Below, piece by piece: positions 1 through 9,241 of a stretch of 64,000 nt of DNA. A program made the translations under genes and the position numbers. Each line of letters begins with the position of its first letter. The first letter of the stretch is position 1. The stretch comes from Vicinamibacteria bacterium. GTDB taxonomy: Bacteria; Acidobacteriota; Vicinamibacteria; Marinacidobacterales; Marinacidobacteraceae. Location: the NCBI GenBank assembly GCA_963555995.3, contig OY821641.1:768001-832000 (forward strand), given 5' to 3'. The notes under the pieces were generated by a model. It was not told where the DNA came from. It worked only from the letters and a program-made list of their open reading frames with translations, and did no database searches.

Positions 1-78
1 CACCCTGGAGAGCCTGTTTCGGCGGGGAAGGAGGGACGTTGGGGAGCGCGGCGGGAGCCCGGAGGGCGACCAGAGCGC

Positions 79-936
79 TCACCGACGTCCCTCCTTCCCC
101 GCCGGCGCCGCGGCGGGGGATGAGGCCGCCTCTTCCGGGAGGAGGAAGGATCGAGCGATCGTCTCCTGGCGCTCCCGGAAGCTCTGCTCCAGATCCCGCA
201 GCCGATAGCTGCGGCCACGGATGTCGAGGACCACGCAGCGGTGCAGGAACCGGTCCAGGATCGCGCTCGCCAGCACCGCGTCCCCCGCCAGCACCTCCGG
301 CCATTCCCGGATCGCCTTGTTCGTCGTGACCAGCACGCTCCCCCGCTCATGCCGGTCGTTGATCAACCGGAACAGTTGACTCGCTTCCTTCGCGTCCAGG
401 GCTTCGTAGCCCATCTCGTCGATGATCAACAGCGACGCCGACAGATACCGCCGGTTCCCCCGTGGCGTCGTCGACCCCTCATGCCGCTTCAGGGTCCGCA
501 GCAACTCGTCCAGCCGGTAGAACGCCACCCGGAACCCGTTCTCCAGCGCCCGCATCCCCAGACCCGCCGCCAGGTGCGTCTTCCCCACCCCCGGCGGGCC
601 CTGCAGCAGAACGTTCTGCCGCTCCCGGATCCAACCGCAGGTGCCCAACAGTTCCACCCGCGTCCGGTCCAGCGTCGGCTGGAAGCCGAAGTCGAAGTTC
701 CCCAGGGTCCGTCCCAGAGGCAACCCCGCCATCCGCAGCCCCATCTCCAGCCGCCGCTGCCGGCGGAACTCCCTCTCCGTCTCCAGGACCCGAACCAACA
801 GGCGATGCGCCGGCAGCTCCTCCCGCGCACACTCGGTCAGCAACTCGGACAACCGAGCCGATGCCTCCCGCATCCCGAGCTCTCCCAGGATCCGCCGCGT
901 CCGGTCCAGGTCCAGGTCCACATCCATACTCACCAT
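79..936 (-). CDS. istB: IS21 helper AAA+ ATPase IstB
   Basis: FDFGFQP motif, Walker A GPPGVGKT, Walker B LLIIDEMGY, AILDRFLH, GRSYRL. ATG at 936 overlaps the istA stop; alternative ATG at 927. Confidence 0.95.
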   Translation of the reverse strand: MVSMDVDLDLDRTRRILGELGMREASARLSELLTECAREELPAHRLLVRVLETEREFRRQRRLEMGLRMAGLPLGRTLGNFDFGFQPTLDRTRVELLGTCGWIRERQNVLLQGPPGVGKTHLAAGLGMRALENGFRVAFYRLDELLRTLKRHEGSTTPRGNRRYLSASLLIIDEMGYEALDAKEASQLFRLINDRHERGSVLVTTNKAIREWPEVLAGDAVLASAILDRFLHRCVVLDIRGRSYRLRDLEQSFRERQETIARSFLLPEEAASSPAAAPAGKEGRR

Positions 937-2183
937 CGCGCTACCTCCGCCAGCGCCGCATACAGATCCAGGGGACGTTCCTCCGGAGCCATCGCCCCGA
1001 TCTCCTCCAGCCGACGCCCCATCCGCCCCAGCGGCGCCGGCGCGATCACCCGACCCGTCGAAGCCCCCTCGTAATGCGACAAGTCGCGCACAAGCAAGGA
1101 GTTGCCCTCTCGGGGATGCTCCGCCACCACCTCCCCGCGATCCAACACCTGCACCCGGCGCGCGCACCGGCGCACCTCCACCCGGGTCCCCACCAGACGG
1201 AACGGCACCGACCAGCTCCGGCTGTCGAACGCCACCGTGCAGTCCTTCCGCACCGGCCGCAGCCCCACCAGGTCGAACGGCTCCGGCAACCCCGTGCAGT
1301 CCCCCAAATACCCCTGCTCCTCCTCCCAACTCTCCAACACCCCGCGCCCCGTCGCCGGGCTCGTCCGGCGCGACTCCCACTCCAGCAACCGAGCGTCCGT
1401 CCACGCCTGCAACTCCTCCAGGCTCGACCACTCGCTCGTCGGCCCCGGACCCCAACCCCGCAGGTCCAGGATCCCTCGCTCCACCTTCCCCTTCGCCTCC
1501 GGAGACCGCGGCGGACAGGGATCGATGTGAAACCGCGCCTCCTCCGCATACCGCAAATAGGCCCGGTTCACCTCCCCCCAGACCCCTGCGCCGCGCACTA
1601 TCGCCGTCTTCACGTTGTCCATCCGTACCGTCGCCGTCACCCCCTTCAGACGCACAAACGCCTGCCCGTGAACCCACAACCACGACAGCGTGTCCTTCAA
1701 CGGGGACCACACCACCGCGCTCTTCCGCGAAAAGCTCAACCGCAGCGCAAACGCACTTACCCCCCGCCGGCCTCCAACCAGCATCCCCGGCGCCTCCGCC
1801 CAGTCCGCCTGCGCCTGCGCCCCCGGCGGCGTCTCCACCCGACGCCGCGCCCGTACCCGGCCCGGACCCAACCGACGACGCAGATACCGCTGCACCGACC
1901 GCAGGCTCCCCACATACCCGTGCTCCGCCACCAAATGCTCGTGCAGCGCCGTCGCGTTCAAGGGCTGACCCCCCGCAAAGTCCGCGCACCACTCCCGGAT
2001 CTCCTCCCCAAGCCTCGAAGCGCGCTCAACCTTCCCGCGACCGTCGCGCCTACCCTCCTCGCGACCCAGCTCGTAGCGAACCTGACGCTCGCTCACCCGC
2101 GCCGCCCGCGCGATCTCACGCCGGGAACAACCACGCTCCGAAAGCGCCCTGATCGTCATCCGAAGCTCCTTGCTGAGTGCCAT
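930..2183 (-). CDS. istA: IS21 transposase IstA (DDE)
   Basis: N-terminal HTH, ETPPGAQAQADW, MDNVKTA, KGKVER, C-terminal WSVP beta domain. Confidence 0.95.
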   Translation of the reverse strand: MALSKELRMTIRALSERGCSRREIARAARVSERQVRYELGREEGRRDGRGKVERASRLGEEIREWCADFAGGQPLNATALHEHLVAEHGYVGSLRSVQRYLRRRLGPGRVRARRRVETPPGAQAQADWAEAPGMLVGGRRGVSAFALRLSFSRKSAVVWSPLKDTLSWLWVHGQAFVRLKGVTATVRMDNVKTAIVRGAGVWGEVNRAYLRYAEEARFHIDPCPPRSPEAKGKVERGILDLRGWGPGPTSEWSSLEELQAWTDARLLEWESRRTSPATGRGVLESWEEEQGYLGDCTGLPEPFDLVGLRPVRKDCTVAFDSRSWSVPFRLVGTRVEVRRCARRVQVLDRGEVVAEHPREGNSLLVRDLSHYEGASTGRVIAPAPLGRMGRRLEEIGAMAPEERPLDLYAALAEVARW

Positions 2184-2367
2184 GGCGGTCCCCCTGAAGC
2201 GAGAACCGAAGCCTCAGCCAACGACGCAAACAGGTGACAAAGTTCGTGTCGTTTAAGCCCGATCTTTACCTGTCGTTTGACACGGTGCAACTCATCTCGA
2301 GATACGCACCGGGAAGAGCAACATCGCGCAGGTCAAAGCTGCGCTATGCGTGGCGCGGAGCGCCGCG

Positions 2368-2478
2368 GTGCCGGTCTGGAGACCGGCGTTCCAAGCGGTG
2401 GGCGCGATCAGGGGACGGTGGGGTGGCGACGGGCGTGGTGCGGAGGGCTGCTTGTGCCGGTCTGGAGACCGGCGTTCC
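2368..2478. repeat. Two direct copies of REP-like palindrome type A (2368-2392, 2454-2478)
   Basis: GTGCCGGTCTGGAGACCGGCGTTCC occurs twice; it forms a GCCGGTCT/AGACCGGC hairpin. Confidence 0.9.
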
Positions 2479-2889
2479 AAGCCGTACGCGTCACCTCCAT
2501 GTCAAGCGACATCCAAAACCGGGCCGCTGGCGACAGATACAACGGGGCCACCCCCGTGGGTGGGAGGTGTTCACGAGGTCGCCTCCTCGGAGCTGGGTTG
2601 TTGGCTGCCGGCGGGAGATGGGAGGAGCGCGCATTCCCGCAAACCCCGGAGCTCCCGATGGCGCAAGGGGCACGGACAGGTGCGGCAGCGTCCAAGTGTC
2701 GTTTACACCGGCTGGCTCCGCATGTTCGCGGTTCTCCACACCCCGCTCGGCTCCTCTGACGAGCCCCTTTGGGCCAGAATTCGCCATTGATGGCCAAATG
2801 AGCCAGACATGGTCAAAACGGGCTGACGCACCCGGATTCCTGGCGCTTTCGCGGGGCGGCCGGCAGCGAAACCCGGCCCCCGGCCGCGG

Positions 2890-3906
2890 CTACCGCACGA
2901 ACAGGAAGTAGTCGTGGGCGGCGCGCGCCGCCTCGGCGATGGCCCGCTCGCGGTCCGGCACCGGATCGTCCGACTCCTTCACGAAGGCGACCATCACCAC
3001 GTGCCCGGCGTCGGACGGCAGGTAGAGGATCCCCACGTCGTTCGTGGTGCGGCCGATGGTGCCCGTCTTGTGGGCGACCACGGTGCCCTCCGGCAGGCGG
3101 CCCTTCAATCGGCCGGCGCCGGTCTCGCAGCGCTCCATGATGTCGATCAGGAGGTCGCGGCTCGACTGCGACAGGCCCTCGCCGTTCCAGATCTTGACGA
3201 GGAGGTCGGCCATCCCGCGCGGGGTGGCGGTGTCGCGCGGGTCTTCCTCGAATCCGTCCCGGGCCGCGGTGCGGTCCTCGTCGGAGACCTTCCCGTAGTA
3301 CTCGGTGTAGGTCGCGCGGGTGCGTTCGTCCCGCGGCGGGAGTCCCTCGGCGCCCACGTAGTCGGTGATCAGGTCCGCCGTGGAACGGGCGACCACGACG
3401 CCCTCGACGCCGAGCTCCGTCATCCGGGCGGTGACCCGTTCCCCGCCGCCGGCGGCCCGGAGACAGAGATCGGTCGCCGAGTTGTCGCTGATCAGCAGCA
3501 TCAGCTCCATGAGGTTCAGGATGGAGAGCGACACGCCGGGGTCGTCGAAGAGCCGGCTGAGGGTGCCGCTGCCGGGGGAGAGATCGGACAGCTCCAGGTC
3601 AATCATGTGGTCGAGCCCGAACTCGCCCGCGTCCACCCGCCGGAGGACCTCCACCGCGATGGGGACCTTGTAGGTGCTGGCCATCGGGAAGGGGTCGTCG
3701 GGATGGAGGTAGGCGGTCCGCCCGGTCTCGAGGTGGACGGCGGCGAGCCCCAATACGCCGCCGGACAGCGGCTCGAGCCGCGCCCACTCCGCTTCGAGGG
3801 CGGTCTCGGTGCCGCCCTGCGCCAGCGCGAGCGGCGCCGCCAGCAGGGCGGCCAGGGCCACGGTGGTGATCCGGCTGGTGGGATGGACGGGAACGGGGTT
3901 TCGCAT
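2890..3906 (-). CDS. Class A beta-lactamase-fold serine hydrolase with signal peptide
   Basis: FPMASTYK (SxxK), SDN, HKTG and DVG motifs; signal peptide ending ALA-Q. It is the C-terminal part of the 1411-aa track ORF. Confidence 0.9.
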   Translation of the reverse strand: MRNPVPVHPTSRITTVALAALLAAPLALAQGGTETALEAEWARLEPLSGGVLGLAAVHLETGRTAYLHPDDPFPMASTYKVPIAVEVLRRVDAGEFGLDHMIDLELSDLSPGSGTLSRLFDDPGVSLSILNLMELMLLISDNSATDLCLRAAGGGERVTARMTELGVEGVVVARSTADLITDYVGAEGLPPRDERTRATYTEYYGKVSDEDRTAARDGFEEDPRDTATPRGMADLLVKIWNGEGLSQSSRDLLIDIMERCETGAGRLKGRLPEGTVVAHKTGTIGRTTNDVGILYLPSDAGHVVMVAFVKESDDPVPDRERAIAEAARAAHDYFLFVR

Positions 3907-4088
3907 GATGGGGGCGCCTCCGGGGTGCGTCGGGGGGAGCGCAAGAGTACCGCTCTCCCGGCCCGGATGGCTCGGGCCGCGGGCTCGCGGGCGACGTGTC
4001 GTGGTTCGGCCTTGGGGGACGCCACGGACGGAACGTCCGGTCTGTTCAGGTCGGTGCAGAAAGGAACCACTCCGCTGGTCAATGTCGC

Positions 4089-4138
4089 GCCGTGCGCGGC
4101 GCGGAGCGCCGCGGTGCCGGTCTGGAGACCGGCGTTCC
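4089..4138. repeat. REP type A with extended arm
   Basis: About 50 bp identical to 27261-27310. Confidence 0.9.
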
Positions 4139-4173
4139 AGGCCGGCATGTGGATTGCGTACTATTGCGGCGAG

Positions 4174-4788
4174 ATGCGGGGTCTTGTCTTGCTGGCTGCG
4201 GGGCTCTGGTGGGCGCCGGCGGCGTCCGCTCAGGACGCGGGCAACACCGCGCGCGTCCTGGAGGTCACGCTTGCCGATCTCGACGAGGACTCGCTGGACT
4301 TCCTGATCGGCTGGGAGCGCTGGAAGGGGGACATCCTCGACCTCGCCTCCGAGGGATACGCGCGGTTCACGTTCGCGCCGCTCGTCGCGATCGCGCCGGG
4401 ATTGCCGGCGGACGGCCGGTTCGGCGCCGGGAACTTCGAGAGCGCCGTCCGAACGGCGTCCCGCCGGTCCGCCCGCGCCCGGCGTCCGGCCCGCGCGAGG
4501 TCCCCGCGTCCCGTCCGCATCGCCCGCGCTCCCCGCGGCGCGCCGGCGGAGCGCGGACGTCCCCGGTCGCCGCGGGGCCTCGCGCCGCTCGGCCTCGGGG
4601 CGTCCCAGCCTCCGCCGCGAGCCGGCCGCGCCCGGCCCGCGCCCCGGCGGGGAGCGCCGGCCCTGGGCGGAGCGCCCCGCGGCGGCCAGCGGGGGGGCGC
4701 GGCGGCCGGCCCCACGGGGCGGGCACGGCCCCGCGGCGCGTCCCGGACGCGGAACACCGGGGGCCCGAACCCCCGCCGTCACCGGTAG
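4174..4788 (+). CDS. Hypothetical exported protein with Arg/Pro-rich tail
   Basis: MRGLVLLAAGLWWAPAASA-Q signal peptide; host-like codon usage in the N-terminal half. Confidence 0.55.
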   Translation: MRGLVLLAAGLWWAPAASAQDAGNTARVLEVTLADLDEDSLDFLIGWERWKGDILDLASEGYARFTFAPLVAIAPGLPADGRFGAGNFESAVRTASRRSARARRPARARSPRPVRIARAPRGAPAERGRPRSPRGLAPLGLGASQPPPRAGRARPAPRRGAPALGGAPRGGQRGGAAAGPTGRARPRGASRTRNTGGPNPRRHR

Positions 4789-4866
4789 AATCGCCCGTTC
4801 CCCCGCAGCGAGCGGGACGTGGCGACCGGAACCGATTCCGGTCCTGAGCCTCCGGAGGCACGTGCG

Positions 4867-7800
4867 ATGCGCAGGCGACTTTCTTCCTTCCTCCTTGCGG
4901 CGTTCGGGGCGGCGCTGATGGCCGCGCCCGCGGCCGCCCAGCCCGATCCCGACGTGCTCGGCGCCATGCGCTACCGCATGGTCGGCCCCTCCCGCGGCGG
5001 CCGGGTCACCGCGGTGGCGGGACACCGCTCGCAGCCGGGCACCTTCTACATGGGCGCCACCGGCGGCGGCGTCTGGAAGACCACCGACTACGGGCACAAC
5101 TGGCATCCCATCTCCGACGGGTACTTCAAGAGCCCCTCCATCGGCGCCATCGCGGTCGCCGAGAGCGACCCGGACATCGTCTACGTGACCACCGGCTCGG
5201 ACGGCCTGCGCAGCAACGTCATCATCGGGAAGGGGGTCTACCGGTCCGACGACGCCGGCAAGACCTGGCGGAACCTCGGCCTCGAGGAGACCGGGAGTTC
5301 CGGCGCCGTCCTGATCCACCCCGAGGATCCGGACCGCGTCTGGATCGCCCAGATCGGGAACCCCTTCATCGCCAACCCCGAGCGGGGCGTCTACCGCTCG
5401 ACGGACGGCGGCGAGAACTGGGAGCTGGTGCTGTTCGTGTCCGAGCAGACGGGCGCCGTGGACCTCGAGTTCAAGCCCGGCGACCCGGACACCATCTACG
5501 CCTCCATGTGGGAGGCCGAGCGGAAGCCCTGGACCATCCGTTCGGGCGGCATGGAGGGCGGCGTGCACCGCTCCCGCGACGGCGGCGACACCTGGGAACC
5601 GCTCGAGAACGGGCTCCCGACGGGCCTTCGCGGGAAATCGGACCTCGCGGTCTCCCCCGCCGATCCCTCGCGCGTCTATGTCCTCATCGAGGCGCCGGGC
5701 AGCGACGGCGGCGTCTACCGGTCGGACGACGAGGGGGACACCTGGCGCCAGATCACCGACTTCCAGCCGATCCGGAACCGGCCCTTCTACTACAACAACC
5801 TGCACGCCCACCCGACCGACGCGGACACCCTCTGGGGGATGGCCGAGGGCTACTGGAAGTCCACCGACGGCGGCGTCAACTGGGAGCGGAAGTTCACCCC
5901 GCACGGCGACAACCACGACCTCTGGATCAACCCCGACCAGCCCAACATCCACATCCAGGCGAACGACGGCGGCGCGAACGTCTCCATTGACGGGGGCGAG
6001 ACCTGGTCCACGCAGGAGAACCAGCCCACCGCCGAGCTCTACCAGGTGGACGTGAGCGACAACTTCCCCTACCGGCTCTACGCCGGACAGCAGGACAACT
6101 CGACGATCTCGGTGCCGAGCTATCCGGCCCAGTTCCGGCCGGGCGGGCACACCGCGCACTGGGAGGCGATCGGCGGCTGCGAGACCGGCCCCGCCGTTCC
6201 GAAGCCCGGCGACCCGGACATCGTCTATGCGAACTGCAAGGGCCGCTTCGGCCTCTACAACATGCGGACCGGCCAGGAAGAGCAGTACTACGTCGGGTTC
6301 TGGAACATCTACGGGCACAACCCCAGGGACCTCGAGTACCGCTTCCAGCGCACCGTCCCGATCCACGTCTCGCCGCACAGCCCGAACCGCGTCTTCCACG
6401 CCTCGCAGTACGTCCACGTCACCGAGAACGGCGGCCGCACCTGGCGCACCATCTCGCCGGACCTCACCGCCTTCACCCCCGAGACCCAGGTGGTCTCGGG
6501 CGACCCGATCACGCTCGACGTCACCGGCGAGGAGCACTTCGCGGTGCTCTACGACGTCCAGGAGTCCCCCCACGAGGAGGGCGTCATCTGGGCGGGCGCG
6601 AACGACGGGCCCATCCACGTGACCCGCGACGGCGGCCGGACCTGGAAGGAGGTCACCCCGCCGGCGCTCGGCCCCTACGGCCGGGTGCAGAACATCGAGG
6701 TTTCGCCCCACAACCCGGCGAAGGCCTACGCCGCCGTCCTGCGCTACCAGCTCGGCGACTTCACGCCCCACGCCTACAAGACCCTCGACTACGGCGACAC
6801 CTGGACCCGGATCACCGACGGGACCAACGGGGTCCCGAACGACCACCCGGTGCGCGTGGTGCGCGAGGACCCGGACCGCGAGGGGCTGCTCTACCTCGGA
6901 ACCGAGTGGGGGATGTTCCTCTCCGACGATGACGGCGCGACCTGGACCTCGTTCCAGCAGAACCTCCCGGTGACGCCGATCACCGACATCAAGGTGGTCC
7001 GGCAGGACCTCGCCATCTCCACGATGGGACGCAGCTTCTGGATCCTCGACGACGTCACCCCGCTCCACGAGGCGCCGCCGGCCGGCGAGACGCACTTCTT
7101 CCAGCCCCGCGACGAGATCCGGCACCGCGCCGGCGGACGGGGCTTCGGCGCCCCGTCACCGGCGGACCCCGAGTATCCGACCCCGGGTCCCCGGTTCACC
7201 TACCGGCTGGCCGCCGACGTGGACACCGCGCGGATGGACGTCCGGGACGAGAACGGCGACCTGGTCCGCAGCTTCGCGAGCGCCGGTCCGGGAGAGGAGA
7301 CCGCGATGACCCAGGAGATGCGGGCGCCCGGCATGATGCGGCGCGGCGCGCCGACGGTGCCGGCCAGCGCGGGCGTCCACCGCTTCACCTGGGACATGCG
7401 GTACGACGGAGCGAAGGACGGCGACGGCAATCCCTCGGGCCGGGGCGTGTTGGCGGCGCCCGGCCGCTACACCGTGGAGCTGACCGCCGGCGACCGGACC
7501 ATGGCGCGCAGCTTCCGCCTGCGGTTGGACCCGCGGACGGTCGAGGAGGGCTGGGTCACCGCGGAACACGTCCGCGAGCAGGTGGCGCTGGCGCTCAAGG
7601 CCCGCGACGCGCTCTCCGAGGCGCGGATGGCGGCGGCCCGGCTGGAAGCGGCGATGGAAGGCGGAGGCAGCGACGAGCTCCAGGCGATCCACGAGGAGCT
7701 GGTCACCCGGCCGATCCGCTACTCCCAGCCCATGCTGGTGGACCAGCTCAGCTATCTCGCCGGGAACCTGGACACCGCCGACCAGCCGCCGGGCCGGGAC

Positions 7801-7884
7801 GCGGCGGTTCGCTACGAGGAACTGCGCGGCCAGCTCGACGATGTCCTGAAGCGGCTGTCGGACGCCGGCGTCGGCGGAGAGTAG
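4867..7884 (+). CDS. VPS10/sortilin-like BNR (Asp-box) repeat protein, putative glycosyl hydrolase
   Basis: Signal peptide, GPSRGGRV start, many S/TxDGGxxW Asp-boxes, RPFYY, HGDNHDLWI; GGAGG RBS upstream. Confidence 0.9.
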   Translation: MRRRLSSFLLAAFGAALMAAPAAAQPDPDVLGAMRYRMVGPSRGGRVTAVAGHRSQPGTFYMGATGGGVWKTTDYGHNWHPISDGYFKSPSIGAIAVAESDPDIVYVTTGSDGLRSNVIIGKGVYRSDDAGKTWRNLGLEETGSSGAVLIHPEDPDRVWIAQIGNPFIANPERGVYRSTDGGENWELVLFVSEQTGAVDLEFKPGDPDTIYASMWEAERKPWTIRSGGMEGGVHRSRDGGDTWEPLENGLPTGLRGKSDLAVSPADPSRVYVLIEAPGSDGGVYRSDDEGDTWRQITDFQPIRNRPFYYNNLHAHPTDADTLWGMAEGYWKSTDGGVNWERKFTPHGDNHDLWINPDQPNIHIQANDGGANVSIDGGETWSTQENQPTAELYQVDVSDNFPYRLYAGQQDNSTISVPSYPAQFRPGGHTAHWEAIGGCETGPAVPKPGDPDIVYANCKGRFGLYNMRTGQEEQYYVGFWNIYGHNPRDLEYRFQRTVPIHVSPHSPNRVFHASQYVHVTENGGRTWRTISPDLTAFTPETQVVSGDPITLDVTGEEHFAVLYDVQESPHEEGVIWAGANDGPIHVTRDGGRTWKEVTPPALGPYGRVQNIEVSPHNPAKAYAAVLRYQLGDFTPHAYKTLDYGDTWTRITDGTNGVPNDHPVRVVREDPDREGLLYLGTEWGMFLSDDDGATWTSFQQNLPVTPITDIKVVRQDLAISTMGRSFWILDDVTPLHEAPPAGETHFFQPRDEIRHRAGGRGFGAPSPADPEYPTPGPRFTYRLAADVDTARMDVRDENGDLVRSFASAGPGEETAMTQEMRAPGMMRRGAPTVPASAGVHRFTWDMRYDGAKDGDGNPSGRGVLAAPGRYTVELTAGDRTMARSFRLRLDPRTVEEGWVTAEHVREQVALALKARDALSEARMAAARLEAAMEGGGSDELQAIHEELVTRPIRYSQPMLVDQLSYLAGNLDTADQPPGRDAAVRYEELRGQLDDVLKRLSDAGVGGE

Positions 7885-7888
7885 GGCG

Positions 7889-9133
7889 ATGGGAAGCGGG
7901 GCGCCGGACTCCCGTATCAACGGCGCCCGCCTCCTCGACTCCATCGCCCGCCTCGCCGAAATCGGCGCCACCCCCGAGGGTGGCGCCGAGCGGCTGGCGT
8001 TCACCCCCGAGGACGGCGCCGGCCGGGACCTGGTCCGTTCCTGGATGGAGGACGCCGGCCTCGACGTCCGGGTGGACGGGATCGGCAACGTCATCGGCCG
8101 CCGGGCGGGGGAGGACCCGGACGCCGCCCCGGTGATGCTGGGCTCGCACACCGACACCGTCGGGAACGGCGGCCGCTACGACGGCAACCTGGGCGTGCTC
8201 GCGGCGCTCGAAGTCGCGCGCACGCTGAACGACGGGGACATCCACACCCGCCGCCCGCTCGAAGTCGCGATCTTCTCGAACGAGGAGGGCTCGCGCTACC
8301 ACCCGGACATGCTGGGGAGCCTGGTCTATGCCGGCGGGCTCGACCTCGAGAGCGCCTGGGCGCTCCGCAGTCCCGACGGCGCGCGGACGCTCAGGGACGA
8401 GCTGGAGGCCATCGGCTACCTCGGGGAGGCGCCGCTGCCCGGGCCGGTCCCGGCGGCGTACGTCGAACTCCACATCGAACAGGGACCGGTGCTCGAGGCC
8501 GAGGGCATCGCCTTCGGCGCCGTGACCGGCGTCCAGGGGATCCTGTGGGAGGAGATCACCCTCAGCGGGAAGGCCAACCACGCCGGCACCACGCCCATGC
8601 GGTTTCGCCACGACGCGGGGGTGGTGGCGGCGGAGGCGGTCCTGCTGGCGCGGAACCTGACGCGGGAGATTCCCGGCCAGGTGGCGACGGTCGGCCGGAT
8701 GTCGTTCGCGCCCGGGCTGACCAACGTGGTGCCCGGCCGGGCGGTCTTCACGCTGGACATCCGCAACCCCGACCCGGACCGGCTGGGGCGCGCCGAGGAC
8801 GGCTTCTTCAGCGGCCTCGAGGCCGCCGCCGGGCGCGAAGGGGTCCGCATCGAGCGGCGCGAACTCGCGCGTTTCGGTCCCGCGGTCTTCGATGAACGGG
8901 TGATCGCGCTGGTCGAGGAAGCGGCGGCGGCGCTGGGCGGATCCTGCCGGCGGATGCCCTCGGGAGCGGGCCACGATGCCCAGATGATGTCCCGCGTCTG
9001 CCCCACCGGGATGATCTTCGTACCCTCCGTCGGCGGCGTCAGTCACAACCCGACCGAGTTCACGCGCGACGAGGACGTGGTGGCGGGAGGAAACGCGCTC
9101 TTCGCGGTGGCGTTCAGCCTTTTGAAGTCCTAG
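7889..9133 (+). CDS. Zn-dependent M20 amidohydrolase (N-carbamoyl-L-amino acid / allantoate family)
   Basis: GSHTDTV, GRYDG, NEEG, ELHIEQGP, NHAGTTPM, SGAGHDA, SHNP. Confidence 0.92.
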   Translation: MGSGAPDSRINGARLLDSIARLAEIGATPEGGAERLAFTPEDGAGRDLVRSWMEDAGLDVRVDGIGNVIGRRAGEDPDAAPVMLGSHTDTVGNGGRYDGNLGVLAALEVARTLNDGDIHTRRPLEVAIFSNEEGSRYHPDMLGSLVYAGGLDLESAWALRSPDGARTLRDELEAIGYLGEAPLPGPVPAAYVELHIEQGPVLEAEGIAFGAVTGVQGILWEEITLSGKANHAGTTPMRFRHDAGVVAAEAVLLARNLTREIPGQVATVGRMSFAPGLTNVVPGRAVFTLDIRNPDPDRLGRAEDGFFSGLEAAAGREGVRIERRELARFGPAVFDERVIALVEEAAAALGGSCRRMPSGAGHDAQMMSRVCPTGMIFVPSVGGVSHNPTEFTRDEDVVAGGNALFAVAFSLLKS

Positions 9134-9241
9134 TTTTTCCGTGGTGTTACGTCGTCGCATCGCTTGTAGCGCAGCATCCCGGAACAGGAGCGGTGTGATA
9201 GCGTTTGCCGCCGCACTTGGGGAGGGGGGAAGAAGGGGACG

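Larger units (their letters stand above)
79..2282 (-). mobile_element. IS21-family insertion sequence (the terminus downstream of istB is not seen and is probably left of the window)
   Basis: Coupled istA-istB pair. The end upstream of istA reads TGTCAAACGACA on the minus strand from 2282, and AAACGACA recurs 24 bp inward (2247-2254), as expected for the repeated ends of IS21. Confidence 0.9.

Noticed and set aside
937-1992. Long N-terminal extension of istB, suggesting an IstA-IstB fusion or frameshift
   Set aside because: Gly-rich off-frame reading of istA; istB has its own ATG coupled to the istA stop and I saw no slippery site.
2368-2478. Two direct 25-bp palindromic repeats resembling a mini CRISPR
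   Set aside because: Only two units with a 61-bp gap, the same motif is dispersed in both orientations, and there are no cas genes; these are REPs.
2292-2480. 62-aa ORF with GGAGGTG upstream
   Set aside because: Made largely of REP sequence; similar MERR.. ORFs arise at other REPs (e.g. 53068).
3907-7125. N-terminal ~1070 aa of the 1411-aa minus-strand ORF
   Set aside because: Mostly the antisense shadow of the BNR gene in high-GC DNA; only 2890-3906 has real motifs and its own signal peptide.
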